A DNA stretch of 64,000 bases from Adineta steineri (Eukaryota). The notes beneath the pieces are model-generated. The model was not told where the DNA came from. It did not search any database and was given only the letters and a program-made list of their open reading frames with translations. Shown in pieces: positions 11,140 to 30,920 of the stretch; positions within the stretch are counted from its first letter, which is position 1; the number at the start of each line of letters is the position of its first letter. Both the position numbers and the translations under genes were made by a program. The stretch covers positions 44,962 to 108,961 of the forward strand of contig CAJNOI010000182.1 in NCBI GenBank assembly GCA_905250115.1, given 5' to 3'.

Positions 11140-14100
11140 CTATTTAAGGAAGCTTTTGATTTCTTCCATTAAATTCGATAGAAAATGTGTTTCACTTGAT
11201 TTTCCATTAATTGAAATGCCATTTTGAGAATTCTTGAAAATAAAAAACATTATTAGAATAAAAAAAGGAAATATGACATACAGATGATTTAAATAGAAGA
11301 GCAACTGGATGTCCAAGAATACTTTCTGAATATAAAGATGCAGCGGAATTAATTTGATCAACAACTAAAAATAAGATTTAGTTTTGTTTGTTTTTAACTT
11401 AATTGGCAAACCTGTTAATCGATATGATTGACAAATAGTTTTAATTATTGATGAAAAATCTTGACTAGATGATGGAATACTAATATGTGATTGACTTGTT
11501 AATGTACCTGAACTCATTAAATCAGCAAATGCATTACTTAAAAATCAAAAAAATAAACATTTTATTTCTAATATAAATAATCTTATCTTACGAATTAAGA
11601 GTTTTTTTTCTTAAAAATTGTGAACAAGGTAGATCAAGTTTAAATTCGATTGTTTCTGTCTGATTTTCATTCGATGATTTCTTTAAAAAAATATGTTTAA
11701 AAAATACTTTTTTGTGTTTCATATTGACTTACATGTATTGAATATGTTAATGTTGTTTTTAATTTTTGTGGAAATGATATAGCCGTAATAGCAAAATAAA
11801 TATGTATATAATTTTGTGAATGTGGAAATAGACTTATAGATGGAAATGATATTTCATTTTTACTTGTTGTATTAAGTAATTTTGAACTCATACTATCAAT
11901 AACATTAATACCAATATGATCAATTATTGAAGATGTACAATTTTTTAATAAAAATGTAACATCCAATTGAGCAGTAGATGACGATGGAATGACGGAAGAT
12001 TCCTAAAAAATAAACAAATTTTATTTGAAATATGGATTCTATGGACTTTTGACAATATACATGAGGGTGTGGGTGGAGAAGGATGGGTTTCTACTTACAA
12101 TTATTAAATTATCAGATTGTGCTGCTAATTTATAAACATTTTCTTCATTGTATTGTTCATTCGATGAATTTCCTGACATGATATCATCGCTCATTATATC
12201 CAATAGAAGTGGTTCTGAAGTTTTATTATCAGTTGTTGCTGATTTTTTTTCTTTAGTCTTCTTTTTCTTAGGTTTTTCTTCAGTTGGTACAACAGGAGAA
12301 GCAGTAGTAGTAGGTGCCGGTGGTGGTGGTGGTGGAGCTGGAGATACAACACGTTTGTCTTCAATATCGGCAGGTGATGATAATTCTTTATAATCACTAC
12401 GTTCTCGTTTATGTTTAACTTTCAATGACGATGATGATGATGGTTTCTCTTCTTTTCCAACTGTTTTCTTTTTCTTTTTCGGTTTTTCAGTTGTTGTAGG
12501 TAATTTTTCCACTGGTTCTGGTTTTTGAACTATTGGAGGTGGAACTATTTGTACAGGTTTTTCATCGAAATTAATATTCTTTAATGCTTGATGTGGATCA
12601 TATTTCTTATTTTTTCCACTAGGTTCATCATTCTCATTATCTTCATTTCCACTTTCTGTTACACCTTCAGGTAATTCTCCACCACGTGTTACTTTAATGA
12701 TTGGATATAAATCTTCATCGACTTCATCAACTGTTGTAGAATCGGATTTTTTCGTTGATTTCTTTCCTTTTTTCGATGATCCATTATCTGTTTTAGATTT
12801 TTTCTTTAAACGTCGATTTTCTTCGTCAATTTTCGATTGACGATATAATTGATCCGAAAGTGATAGTTGTAAATTTGCGGGAAATGCTCCTGTCGATGTT
12901 TTTGTTTGAGACTGATCATTAGTATTTGAACTAATTGGTGATGCATCGGTCTAAATATTCAAATAAATATTAATAAGAATGAAAACCTAATTAAAAAAAC
13001 TTTTTGTATTAATTTTGTTTGTGTTGAGCCTTTCAGATAATATGGATTTACTTTTTCGCTTTGTTTTCTTGTTTCTCTTTGTTTTTCTATTTCTTCCGTT
13101 GATGGTTCAGCATAAGTTTTCGATTGAGTATAACCGGATCCATCTCCTGGATAAGAACTAAGATTACTACTATGGTAATAATCTTCTTTATTATCATTAT
13201 TTGAAAATAAATTTTGAGTCGTATTTTTATTTTCATAATATTGATTTGTTGGAACAGATTCATCTTCACTTTCCGAAGGTGGATCATTAATCCATGCATC
13301 CAAATCCAATCCATTTGGTACAACAACCTTTCGTTGAGCTTTGCCAGCAACAGGATTAAGAATACCATCGAAGAGAACGTTTAGTTCATTAAGATTAAAT
13401 TCAGATTTTTCAATTAGTTTTAATACTACTTTAAGTATATTTAAAATTACACTAGCCTAAATATATCTCAATGATTTTGTTTAATAATAATAATAAAAAA
13501 TCACATACTCGTTCTTGTGCTTCAACATCGTCACTTGATAGAAATAATGACATTTTATCAATTGACATTGAAATAAGATTTTTTGCTGTTGTGTCATTAT
13601 TATCCGATGTTGTTATTATATATGTTATAATTTTAAGAATATTTTGATAATAAACAGATTGAATATGACCAGGAAATAATGTTATTTTTGTATTAAGCAT
13701 TGATTCAAGAGTTTTTTGTGGATCTTTTAAATTTCTAAAGATATAAATAGTTTAATGTGATTTTATTCGTTTTATTATACGACGAACTTACGAAGTAAAT
13801 TCACCACAGATCCATGCAGCTGCATATAATACTTCAGCAACACTTGATGAATTTGAACCAAGAAGAAAAACATGAGAATTCTCAAGAAGAACAGCCTAAT
13901 ATAATTAAATTCATTTTTGTCTTATAAAAAATTTAAACAGAAAAAAAAGAATTTTACCATTTGATTACAAGCAAATTCTCGAATCGATTCAACTCGAACA
14001 GCAACATCAAGTAATTGTAATGAAATAAGACTACCGTGTTTTGTACCTTCAAGACGAGTTAATTCAACCAAAATACTTATATACCTATATTATGGAATAT

Positions 14101-16044
14101 GTATAAAATAAGAAATAGATATAATTATAAAATTTACCATTCAAAATTTGCTATATGTGTATAATCACTTTGACTACAAACTTCAATTATTTTTGATAAT
14201 AATTCATCTCGATAATGTGATCCTTCAGCTTTATGCATATGAACCATTAATTTACGTATAATATCCATTAGAGTTTTTTTTGATACCTTAATAAATATAT
14301 CATTTTATTTTCTTTATATATGAAATATGTATATTTTACCATTCCAGATAATAGATCAAGTGCACGTAAACGTATTGATTCATCTTTATCATCAAGACAT
14401 TGCATAATTAAATCATTGTGTGCTTGAACACTTTTTGGATGTGTTTGTAAAATTTTTGACATAGCAAGTAAACCAAGATATTTTACTAAATAAAAATAAT
14501 TGATTTATAAATTTCATTGAAATTAAATTCTTACAATTCTGATCGGAATCTTCAATAAGTATACGAAGTTTTTGTACACATAATTGTATAGATGCATTAT
14601 GATTTGGTAAACCAGATGAAATTGATACAAGAACTTTGAAAAAAAGGAAACATAAAATATTTAAAACATGAACTAATATTTTCTTTACCAGCAAGAATAG
14701 TATTAATACATTCATAGAGTAATGACATTGCAGATGTACTATGAATTAAATTTGTTAATGGTTCAATTAATTTTTTACCTAATCTTGGTTCTAAAGGTGT
14801 CAACGCACCGAACTAAAATTTTAAGAAAAAAATTAAATTTAAATAAGAAAAAAAGAATATTTTAGTTTTTACTAGTTTAATAATTTTAATTAAAACCCAA
14901 TTATTTGTTGATGTTGTCATAAGACGAAAAAATATGGGTGCTAATGCAAGATAATTTTTTGGATTACGTCTTGCTAATTCGCAAATAACATTCACAGCTG
15001 CTGCTTGTACACCTAAGAGAAGAAAAGAACTCATTGAGATTAAATATAATTTAATTATTAAATTAAATAAACAAACCTGGATCAGGATCTTCAAGTTTTT
15101 CTTTTAAACGTGGAAATGCTGGTTTAAGTGCATCAGGATTATTTAAAAAGACTTTATATAAAAGTAGAACTGCTCGTTTACGAACATATGCTTTTCCTGA
15201 TGTCATCTAGATTAAATTACAATTACAATTAGAAATATTCATGAATATTTTCTTACAAGACGCATTATATCATTTGCTAAATCTCTTGCAAGATCACCAT
15301 TAATAAAACATGAAAGTCCACTCATTGCAAGTCCAACTTCATACATTGATGCACTATTTAAATCCTAGAATACGTATACATTTTTTAATATGAAAAACAA
15401 ATTAATTATATTTATATTTTTACTTTTCGAATCATATTTGTTGTTAACATTAATACATCAGTTCCTTCATGGAAACATTGCGAAGCAGCCAAATAACCGA
15501 TTCTCTAAAAAAAATGACAAGTTATTGTCTTTCTTTTGTTAAATCCATTTCCGTTTCCGCAATAAAAACAAAATCAATACATACTTTAAATGTAAACTTG
15601 TTTGAACTCATCACTTCAATAATATTAAATGCACTCCATGATATATCATAACCAAGCATTTGAAGCTAAAATAATAATTATAAAAAGATTTATTATTATT
15701 TTATATTTAGAAACTATACATATGTTAATTTGTTGACCGCATTTGCTTTAACTGCCATATTTTCTTGTTTAAGTTCTTGTTTTATTTCATCGATAGCTTC
15801 GTTAATATATTTTGACTAAAAAATTCATATAAATTTCTTTAATAAAAAAAGTAAATAGAAATCTTACTTCATCATCTTTATGATTTCGAATACCTCGAAC
15901 AAGATCATGTAAACTTTTATCAAACATTTGTCCGAAACTATCTTTTGCTTTTTTGACTACTTGATCCATTGTTGTCGACATGATGCTTACATAAAATAAA
16001 TGAAAAAGAAAAAATTTTTTTTCTCCAAACACATCATCAGCCAT
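11140..16044 (-). CDS. AP3D1: AP-3 complex subunit delta, multi-exon (more than 12 exons).
   Basis: Near-identical blocks are present: QMFDKSLHDLVRGIRNHKDDE; AAAVNVICELARRNPKNYLALAPIFFRLMTTSTNNWVLIKIIKL; TPLEPRLGKKLIEPLTNLIHSTSAMSLLYEC; IRLRALDLL; LDLDAWINDPPSESEDE. A Lys-rich hinge lies at 12039..12512. The C-terminus FLSNLMEEIKSFLK matches the canonical LLSNLLEEMKATL. The start is either 16044 or the in-frame ATG at 15981 (MSTTMDQVV...). Confidence 0.85.
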
Positions 16045-16149
16045 TTATCTTTATCATCATCCTTTCTAATTTTTCTATGATAGATGTCACATGATTTCAT
16101 CTTTTCGCTTTTTATTTTTTTATAAATGAACGTCTCTCATTCCATAGTT

Positions 16150-18340
16150 TAGTGTTTTTTTTTTCTAATAAATCTATTTGTACCGAATAAAAAAATCACA
16201 ACGGCTACGAATCTTGATCTATTTCCATCAGATGTGGTTTCTAAAACCATACATGATAATATTCATCTACGAAAAACATCTTATGATTTGGATAAAATTA
16301 AAAAATTACTAAATAAACAATCAACAAAATTATTTGTCTCATTTTTGGGAATATTTATCTCATATCTTATATTTGGTATTGTTCAAGAATCAATGTAAAA
16401 TAATTTATTTTAAAGAAAAATAATTAATCAATTTAATTTTTTTAGAGTAAAAGGAAAATATGGAAAAAATGATAGATTTACATTTATTTTATCGTTAGTT
16501 TTTTTTCTATGTAGTTTCAATGCCCTTGTATCAAAAATTAGTAAATAATTCTTTTCTGTTGTTTTTTTGAATAATTCTTTTTTATTATTTTTATAGTTTT
16601 AATTATTCGAAAAACTCATCGCGATGCAACACCATCGAAGATGTATGCATTTTCATCATTTACATATTTATTCGCAATGCTTTCAAGTAATTATGCTTTA
16701 GAATTTGTTAGTTATCCAATGCAGGTAAACTTTTCTTGAATATATTTTATATATAATATTCTAAATTCTTATTTAAGGTTTTAGGAAAATCAGCAAAACC
16801 GGTTCCAGTTATGCTTTTGGGTGTTTTAATAGCAAGAAAACGATATCCACTGAAGAAATATCTTTATGTTTTATTGATTGTTTTCGGTATGAAAAATAAA
16901 TTAATATAGATTGATTTGTTTATTAAAGAAAATTTTAGGAGTGGTTTTATTTATGTATAAAGAACCAAAACAGACAACGAAAGCAACTGAAGATGGTGAA
17001 ATATATGGTATTGGAGAATTTCTTTTGGTACGTTATTAATGAGAAATTGACATGTTTTAAGAACGTTAGTATATATTATCTGATAATGAGTTATGTAGAT
17101 AAAATAAACATTCTTCTATTATTTACACATATCAATAAATAAATAATGTAAGAAAAAATCGATCGGTTTTATAATTACGTCGTTTACTAAACGTAGAGGT
17201 CTGCAGAGTACAAATTTGTCTTAATTAGTCATATGATCTACTCTATAATTATAATAATTTATTTCATATGAAGAGTATATTTTATCAATAAGAACTTGTA
17301 CGACAGAAGTAAACGTTAAAAACAAGATCAATATTATTGATACTAGAAAAATTTCTAGATGATTCGATCTAATTCAAAAACTCTTCATATATGTTTTGCG
17401 ATTTTCAATTTCTATCTTATTAAACTACGATCTTGTTTTGCTAGGTTTCACAGAAAATCAGAATAGAATGACGAAATAGAGAATAGTTGTGTGCATAGGG
17501 TTTATGTCAATAAGTAATATAACATATGGCCTATTAAGAATAATAAAAGCGTATTGCTATTGTTTATTTAAATGGTATTACGTCTCTTATAGCGTGTATA
17601 AGTAAATAGAATGAAGTATTTTACACTTGTAAAGTACTTAAGATAACAAAAAGATACCGTTAAATAGAATAGTTTAATTCAGAATAGTTTTTTTCAATTA
17701 TATGAATATGTTTCTAACGATATTCTAATTTTAAGTGATGAGAACTTGTCTAAAACATATTGACTGTCATAAACTTTAGTTTGATTGATATAGAGTTTTA
17801 ATTCTACCGAAATTGTGTAAGAAAGTATTATCTCATATCGAATGTATACGAATTTATTATAGTTTGTTTCACTTGTCTTTGATGGTCTTACCGGTGGTAT
17901 ACAAGACAGTATTCGTGATAAACATAAAGTTCAAGCTTATCACATGATGTTTGCAATGAATATATGGTCATGTTTATGGGCATTCATTGGTATTCTTGCA
18001 ACTGGTGAATTATATGGTTTTATTGATTTTCTTCAGACATATCCTGATGTTATTTCAAAGATTATTTTACTCAGTTTAACAGGTGCAGTAGGACAAGTAA
18101 GTAAAAACAAATGTCGAAAATATGAATTTTATAATTTTTATTTCATAGAATTTTATTTTTCTTACAATTGAATGGTTTGGCCCATTGACATGTTCAATTG
18201 TTACAACAACACGAAAATTTTTTACTATACTTTGTTCAATATTTATTTTTGGCAATCCAATAACAATTCGTCAAATGTTTGGAACAGTACTTGTTTTTCT
18301 TGGTCTTTTTCTTGAGCAATTGCATGGAAAGAAACATTAA
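16150..18340 (+). CDS. SLC35B1: Solute carrier family 35 member B1 (ER nucleotide-sugar/ATP transporter); the 5' start is unresolved.
   Basis: Exons encode [20 protein letters not shown]; [64 protein letters not shown]; [53 protein letters not shown]. The stop is at 18338-18340. The first recognisable exon (from about 16165) has no in-frame ATG. Confidence 0.75.
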
Positions 18341-18571
18341 TATCTATATTTATTGTTATTCCTGTTATTTTTTATGCTTATCATTATTATTAGTCAATCT
18401 ATTTAAAGTTTTGTTCGTAAAAATAAAAATAAAAAAAAGAAATAATCAACGCGTCGTAACAAGGTCATTGTGCATCGTTTCATACACGTGTCCCTGACAA
18501 GAAACAGAAAAGAAAAAAAAAAGAAAATACAAGTATCCATCAGTGTAAAAAAAAGGAACAAGAAGTAAGAA

Positions 18572-20211
<1,640 letters not shown>

Positions 20212-20732
20212 TTTAGGACTAATTCATTTTTAATGTAAAATTTTTTATTTAATAACGATTAACCATTCGTAGTAATTCTTTTCTTTTAGTAAAAATGAAA
20301 TAAAGATCTATTAAGACATACCTAGTCTATAATAAGTATATTCTGACTAAACTATTTCGTGTAATAAATGTTCATTGCATAACTAAATCAATTATCCTGA
20401 TCATCAACCACGTGTACGACTAATGTACATATCGCGGTGAATATATTCACAAAGAAAGTTGTTCAAAAAAGAAAAAGAAAATAGAACGCTTATATACTAG
20501 AAAAACTATCACAAAAAGACTATATATAGATATAAAAATACAAAGTTTCATATTTGTTGAAAACAGAAAAAAAAATATTCTGAAAGAAAAACAATGTTCA
20601 ATAGAACGAGGTTACGAAAGACAAAAAAATACCCAAAAAAAAATTAACCTGTATCATAAAACTAGTACAGAAACAAAAAGCTAATAGAAAAGTGGCATAC
20701 AACGCACATATTCATAGAAAGGAAAAAAACAA

Positions 20733-23700
20733 TTAAAGATAGAAAAGACGATCAGCAAGTTCTGGATTGAAATCCTGATGTAAACTTTGACCAACGAGAA
20801 AAGCTAATTTATGAGCATATTGACAAACAGCTGGTACACGAATTGTTCCTGGCCAACTGAAATAAAATATATAAATATGATAGAATTTGAATTACAAAGT
20901 ATTTTATTCAACTAACTTATAATATAAATGAGTAAGTTTGAAAGTAAGACGTTGCATATGATCGACTTTAAAACTAGAAATCAATTGTGAATATAAGAAA
21001 AACAATTAAGTTTAAATAAAAGTTTACTTTGTCCGATCCCATATGACATTATAATGTGTTGGTGCTACTGTTCCTTGTCGAGCACATTGAGAAATTAAAT
21101 AAAAGTCATACCATTCAGCTTAAAAAATAATTCAAATTTTTAATTTTATTCAAAAGATGATATATGTCTTACCATTAGTAACAGTATGATCAATAATTGT
21201 ACCCGGTGGTGGATTAACCATTGATGTACTACCCATTTTAGCAAAAAATCGAGCATTACCTTTCTTTTTAACAATAATTACTGCGAGTTTTGGTCTAAAA
21301 TAGTTATTGAAATAGATTGAATTTGATTTCAAATTAGAAAACATACTGATATCCAGGCATAATTTTTGGAAATGTATCAATAATTTGTGGTAATTCATGT
21401 TCAGCTACAATAGCTAATTGACCATCCGAAACACCATCTCGATAAAGTACAACTAAACAAAGACACGAGTTTCCTTAAAAATCATAATTGCTTTCAAACA
21501 TACTTTTTTCGGGTAATGCATTATTTACTCGATGATATTCTTTAAGTGAATCTAAATAAAACAAATTCTCTATTATTATTTCATAATCTAAATTAATTTC
21601 ACCTCTCATGCATTGTTGTAAACCATCCATTAATTCTTGAGCTGTACGATTATAAATAACTCGTGAATAAAAACGAGTACATGTTACATTTGTTGAAGCA
21701 ACAAATGCACCAACACTAGCACCTAAAATTTCAACATATTACACAAAAAGAACTATTAAATAATAGAGAAACCTTTTCGTTTGGAATCATGATATGAATC
21801 CATACCAATAACCATTAATGTTTTTGACTAAAATAAATCAATGTCTTTTATTCGAAAACAGAATTTTTCATTTACCGGAATTGTTACACCCCAAATTTCT
21901 CCACCAAGTTTTGCATTCAATTGAATACCAATTTTGGTAGCAACTGACATCAGTTGATTTTTTTTCGATATTGTTTTTGCTAAAACCATCTAATGAAAAA
22001 TCAAAATTAAAACTATAAGAAAAAAAGAAGCAAATTTTGTACTTGAGAAGGTACTGGATTATCCAGACACATATATTTTTTCAGAGCATCATATCGATCT
22101 TTACGATTATTTGGTAATATGCAAAGAACAAGATCTGTATTTTTTTGAATTTTTTCCGGTAAAATACTCAAATAAGTTTCAGGACGATCATTTGGTAATT
22201 GAATACTATTAAATAAGAATAAATGTAAAAAAAATAATTATTAGAAGTAACTTACACATTTGGATATTCAACTTCCATTCCAAATGGTACACATACTTGA
22301 TAAAGTGCATTTATAAGTTCATCACCGAGTTCACGTAATGATGATGGATAAAAAACAATCCAATTCTTGAGATTTTTACATGCTATATGTTTTAAACTAC
22401 GACCTGAAACACAAAAATATTAACAAATAGAGTTTTATTTGTTGAATAAACCTTCTCGACTCCAATCAGCTTCATCATGTTTATAACGAATTGAACGATT
22501 TGCATAAAGAATTTGTTCAGATTCAAGAAGACGACCATCAAATTCAACTAAACCTGTATCTAAACTAACTTCCCATTTTTTTAATTCATCTTTCGCTTCT
22601 TGATTACTAAAATTAAAATTGAATATATATAATAATTAATTAACTACATCACTTTTGAACATCATGACAAAATTCTGTTAATTTTTCAAAACGAGCCATT
22701 GGACCAATATGAGTATGATGTGCTAATTCTTTCATAAATTGAAAATCTGATCGCATTACATCAGAAATACCTAGTTGAAATTCAAGGATATTAATAACAT
22801 AATTGATTTCACTAAAATTTACCTGTTACACAGCATAATTCCGGAATAAGCATAAGTGGACCGGTTTGTCCAGCACGTCGATCTTTTTTTGATGGTTTAC
22901 TTATAAGTAATGGCTGAGTTGTATCTTCAATTTTTAATTGATAGCGCTAGATATATGTACAAATAAATAAACAGTCAATGAACAAAAGATTCATTTCGAA
23001 AAGGAACAAGTTATCTATCTCAATACTTCATTGTATCCTGCAATGTTCGAGTTAACTTACATCATAATAATATTTAACTAATGTTTCGTCTGTACCATCA
23101 CGTTTTTTGAATGCATAATTTGGTGATTTATCTAAAAGAAGATTATTTTTTATTTACTAATAAACAAATCTATTCATATACCCCATGCAATTTCATCGAT
23201 CTTATATGTTTTGGAATTGTATGTTGTTAATACGATCTAGATTTATAATAAGAAGAAACTTGAAAAAGAATTATATGAATTTTACTTGTCCAACAAGTTC
23301 TTTTGTAGCTTCATCTTGAGCACGTTTAAAACTAGAATAAAAGAACTTTTTTTCGAATTTTTATCATTTTCGTTTTGTACTAACTCAACAAATTGTGTGA
23401 ATATATCTTGAAGACGATTGAATACAGTTGTTTTATTTAATACCTAGAATAAATCAATCGATAAGATAAATATTAAATAAGAAATAAACAAAACACCTTA
23501 TGTGATAAATCAACATTAATCATTAATGAACCTTCATAAATGTTAACATTGGTTAAGAAACCTGGAAAAAGTGTTAAACGATAACGTTCTAAATCAACTT
23601 TACGATCGAATTGATAATAATTTCGACCAATAAGTCTTAAACCAGATAATTCTAATAATCTAAATGATTAAAATTAAATATTTCAATTTAAAAAAAAAAA

Positions 23701-24944
23701 CTCTCTAAAAATCTTTACTTTCGAACAATTAAATTTGCCTATAAAAACAAATGTTAGATTATTAAAGGTATTGATAATATAAAAATTCTACATACAAGAT
23801 GAAAAAAATTTGGTGAATCGGGTGAATTTTTAGCTGTTAAACGAAGACGCATTTCAATTGGATCGCCTGTAACTGTATGTTGACATTGAAATGTACGTTC
23901 CTATAATTCGAAAAAAAAAGTCATAAAGAAACGAAAATTTTCATTTTATACATCGCCAATATATTCAAATGAATAAAGAGTTGTTCCATCAAAAGCTACA
24001 TCTTTTAGAACATTTTTATGTTGAAGAACCTAGATAATAGATAGATGTTTTAATCAATAAATAAGTTGACTAAAAAAATTTTAGACCATTTCTCGACGCA
24101 TTTTTCGTTGTATGACCATTTCTTCGGGATTAAAATCTAAAAGAAAAATATGAGACAAAAAAAAAACTTTTTTAAAGACAAATTATTTACCAATATGATA
24201 TTGATAAAGTTGCCATGATGGTTTAGATAAAATACGAATATAATTAGCAACAATACTAATTGGATCACCACTGACACCTAGATAAGAAAAAAGGAAGTAT
24301 AGATTTAGGAGAAAATGATCGTTTGTTGTATTAGTATGTACCTCGTTTATCATCAATATGTGTAGGTTTAGTTTTTGGTAAAGCTGAATATGACCAAGGT
24401 GTTCCTCGTCCAGAACCTGTTTGACGTTCAGCTGTTGATAGAGTTGCAAAATCGGATACAAGATGTTCAACACCTTTGCCTCGTGGTGCTGTCATTATAA
24501 CAGGTGCATTACCACGACGAGGTTTATCAACTGTTGATTTTGTTGTTGAAGATATTGGCTAAGTTATTATATTTATATATATATATAAGTATGAATAAGA
24601 ATATTATAAAAGTTTACTTCAAAAGTAGTGCCTATTGATGTTGATGGTTGCTTTTCTGTAGGAGTTGATGATGCCTGAACTAGATAAGAATAGGAAATCA
24701 TTTTTTGGGTAAAAATTTCCTAAAGAAAAAAAGCAGCAAACTTGATGAAGCTGAACTAGTCCCGGAAAATGATGATGCAGCTGCAGCAGCATTAGCAAAT
24801 GCACCTGGCCGAGGTGAAGTATCTGATTGACCAGCTAATCAGAATATAAATATAAGTATATGGAAAAAATATTTAAAGAACGAACTAACTTAAATTAAAT
24901 AAATTAGCTCGGCCACGTCCACGTGCACGTCCAACAGAGTCCAT
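20733..24944 (-). CDS. PIWI-clade Argonaute; N-terminal RG/RA repeats; multi-exon.
   Basis: ATG at 24944 opens [13 protein letters not shown] (arginine-glycine tract). A PIWI-domain exon is [31 protein letters not shown] (ORF 21150..21398). The C-terminus [40 protein letters not shown] matches the PIWI-clade ending ([16 protein letters not shown]...RLYYL); its stop is at 20733. Confidence 0.85.
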
Positions 24945-26654
24945 GGTAATTAATAGTCCTTAAAGATCGATCAACTATATCATTAAACAATTAAACTTTT
25001 TTTCATACAATATTTTTTAGACAATTTGATTTTGTTTAAGTTTAAGTTAAATATGTCTGATTTGTAATCTAACGTACAATGTGATTTTTCTTATAATATT
25101 TAAATGTTTTTTCGGGAATATTCTATGCTTTTTCCAACGATTTGTCCACGTGGATGTTATAGATACGGAGATTTATATACTATTTTCTAGACATATGTGG
25201 AGAGATGAACTACAATAAGCGGTCAGTTCATGATAGCAAAAGAACATATTCAATGCATTACGATAGATATGAACTATATGAAAGTGCATCTAGGGTTCTG
25301 ACCAATGAAAAGTAGTTAAGTTAGAAGAGAATTGAATTCGTAATAGATTCGAAGAAAGTTAAATTTTCCATTAACTATAAGAAACATTCTATACTTTTTC
25401 TTCAAACTGGAAATATCTGGATTAATATGTATATTTATTATGACAGAGCTTTTAAATAGTAATGAAAATAATATCATTAATTTTTCCTGTCTAATGTAAT
25501 AAAGCTCTTAGCAAGGAAAGAAATCTACTCTTCCATGTTCTTAACAGTATCAGGTTATTTCAAAATATTTCCTGTAAATCTTATCGTCTAAATTAAATTT
25601 CGAATAACTGCGTAATTACATGATAATTATATATCATTCATATATTCATTAATGCAATTGCAGAAAGAAACGATTTCTGTAATTGTCTTCATTATGTTTA
25701 ACAAGAAAATATATACGTGCTTCTATGAAAACAGCTGTAGTCTATATTCTTTGCTTTCAGTTATTGAATTAAATTCTATGCAGTTTTCTTTGTGTTAATA
25801 TGAGAAACTTTAAGAAATCATAGATTTATTATTCTGGATCGTAGCTGTAAAAATGAAGGAAATTAAAAAAATATATATACGCAAATGTGACTTTGAAAGA
25901 AAATTAATTGAAGAAGAACAAACATTTGACAGCATTCATATATAATAAATCCGTTAGGTTTCATATTCATGTAATAGATTTCATTACTTGTTAAGATACA
26001 TCCTTCGGTTTATGACATCTCATTTTTGTTGTGCCAGAAGATTAAAAAATTATTTTCAATGTATAAATAATTTTGATCTTTTAGCTTCATTATCATATGA
26101 ACTTTATTAATAAACGATTTCATTTTGTTGTGTACTTTCATGCATTAATCTACTCGTTTATGTGTAAAAAATTGTTTTCTTATTCGTCCTGTTGGGTACA
26201 TGTTGTGATTAACATGACCCCCATTTTGCTTTTCTCGCAAAATACGACGTCAGCATGCAGTTATTTTTATCCTCGTTGTTTTTTCTTTTCTTTTCTGACT
26301 ACGGGTGGAAGTATTTTCTTCGAGGCAACAATTCTTGCCCTGTTTTTTACGTCCCATCTCATAAACCTGAAACAGAACGACATGCAAAAAGATCGTAGAA
26401 CGACAAATGTGTTAGTGTAGACTCTAAGCGAAAAAAAAATCGACAGTCTTCAACGTCTTTTCCTTTTTTTTCTTCTCGTACTTGAAACGTTTCGCACAGA
26501 CGCAAAAGCATAAGCGTGCTTTTCATATACAGAGTAACATTATGTATATACTTGCTTTTTTCTTCTTTTAGTATTATTTTTTTTATTTGTGAATGTTGTT
26601 GTTATTGTAGATTGTAACTGGTCATTATTGAAAACGTTACAAATACATTAAACT

Positions 26655-30198
<3,544 letters not shown>

Positions 30199-30920
30199 GT
30201 CAACTATAATCCTCTATTTTACTATTTAGTCGATAGCTTAAATAATTAAGTAGTCTTTCCCTGTCAGTTCATATTATTTCTATGACTTAATTTTATCATA
30301 TTTCGAGAACAAATTAATATATATATTTATAAAAATAAAATGAAATATAATGACAAAAGTTTGTCAAAAAATTTTGCTTTACAAAATCATTGATTTTATT
30401 CATATACGAAATGCGGTCAGAAGCTATGACGAATAACGATATATTCTACTGTTAATATTGAAGCAATTGTTCTAAATCGGAAAGAAGACATTACCACCTG
30501 TATTATTAAAATTTACTAATATACATAAATTCTCTGATCAGAACCAAAAACCCGAATGTTCTTGACATTTCACTTCGCGTTTCAACAAGTGTTTTATCAT
30601 TTGTCATTCTCATGATCATCATAATACAAAATGACAAATTTATAATGGGTATATAAAGAAAGCAAAAAAAGACAATCGCGAAGGAGAATATAAATGCTAT
30701 GCTTCATATCGCATTAACAAAGTCAATTCATATATTGAACGAATATGTCCTATCAAATATAAATCTCATAGGTAATCTTCAATATTCTACAAAATACTTT
30801 TCAACAATTTTAAATTACATGTGTTTGATACTAATCCCTGCGAAGCAATATCCTTTATAGTTATAAGAATTGTTGGAAGTACGTGTTGATTTATGTTTTC
30901 ATAAAATAACGTATTCTAAC

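Noticed and set aside
12148-12397. ORFs antisense/alternate-frame to the AP3D1 lysine-rich hinge (GGGGGAG; HHHHHRHLLLLLLL)
   Set aside because: They are low-complexity frame artefacts of the (AAG/AAA)n and (CCA)n codon runs of the hinge exon.
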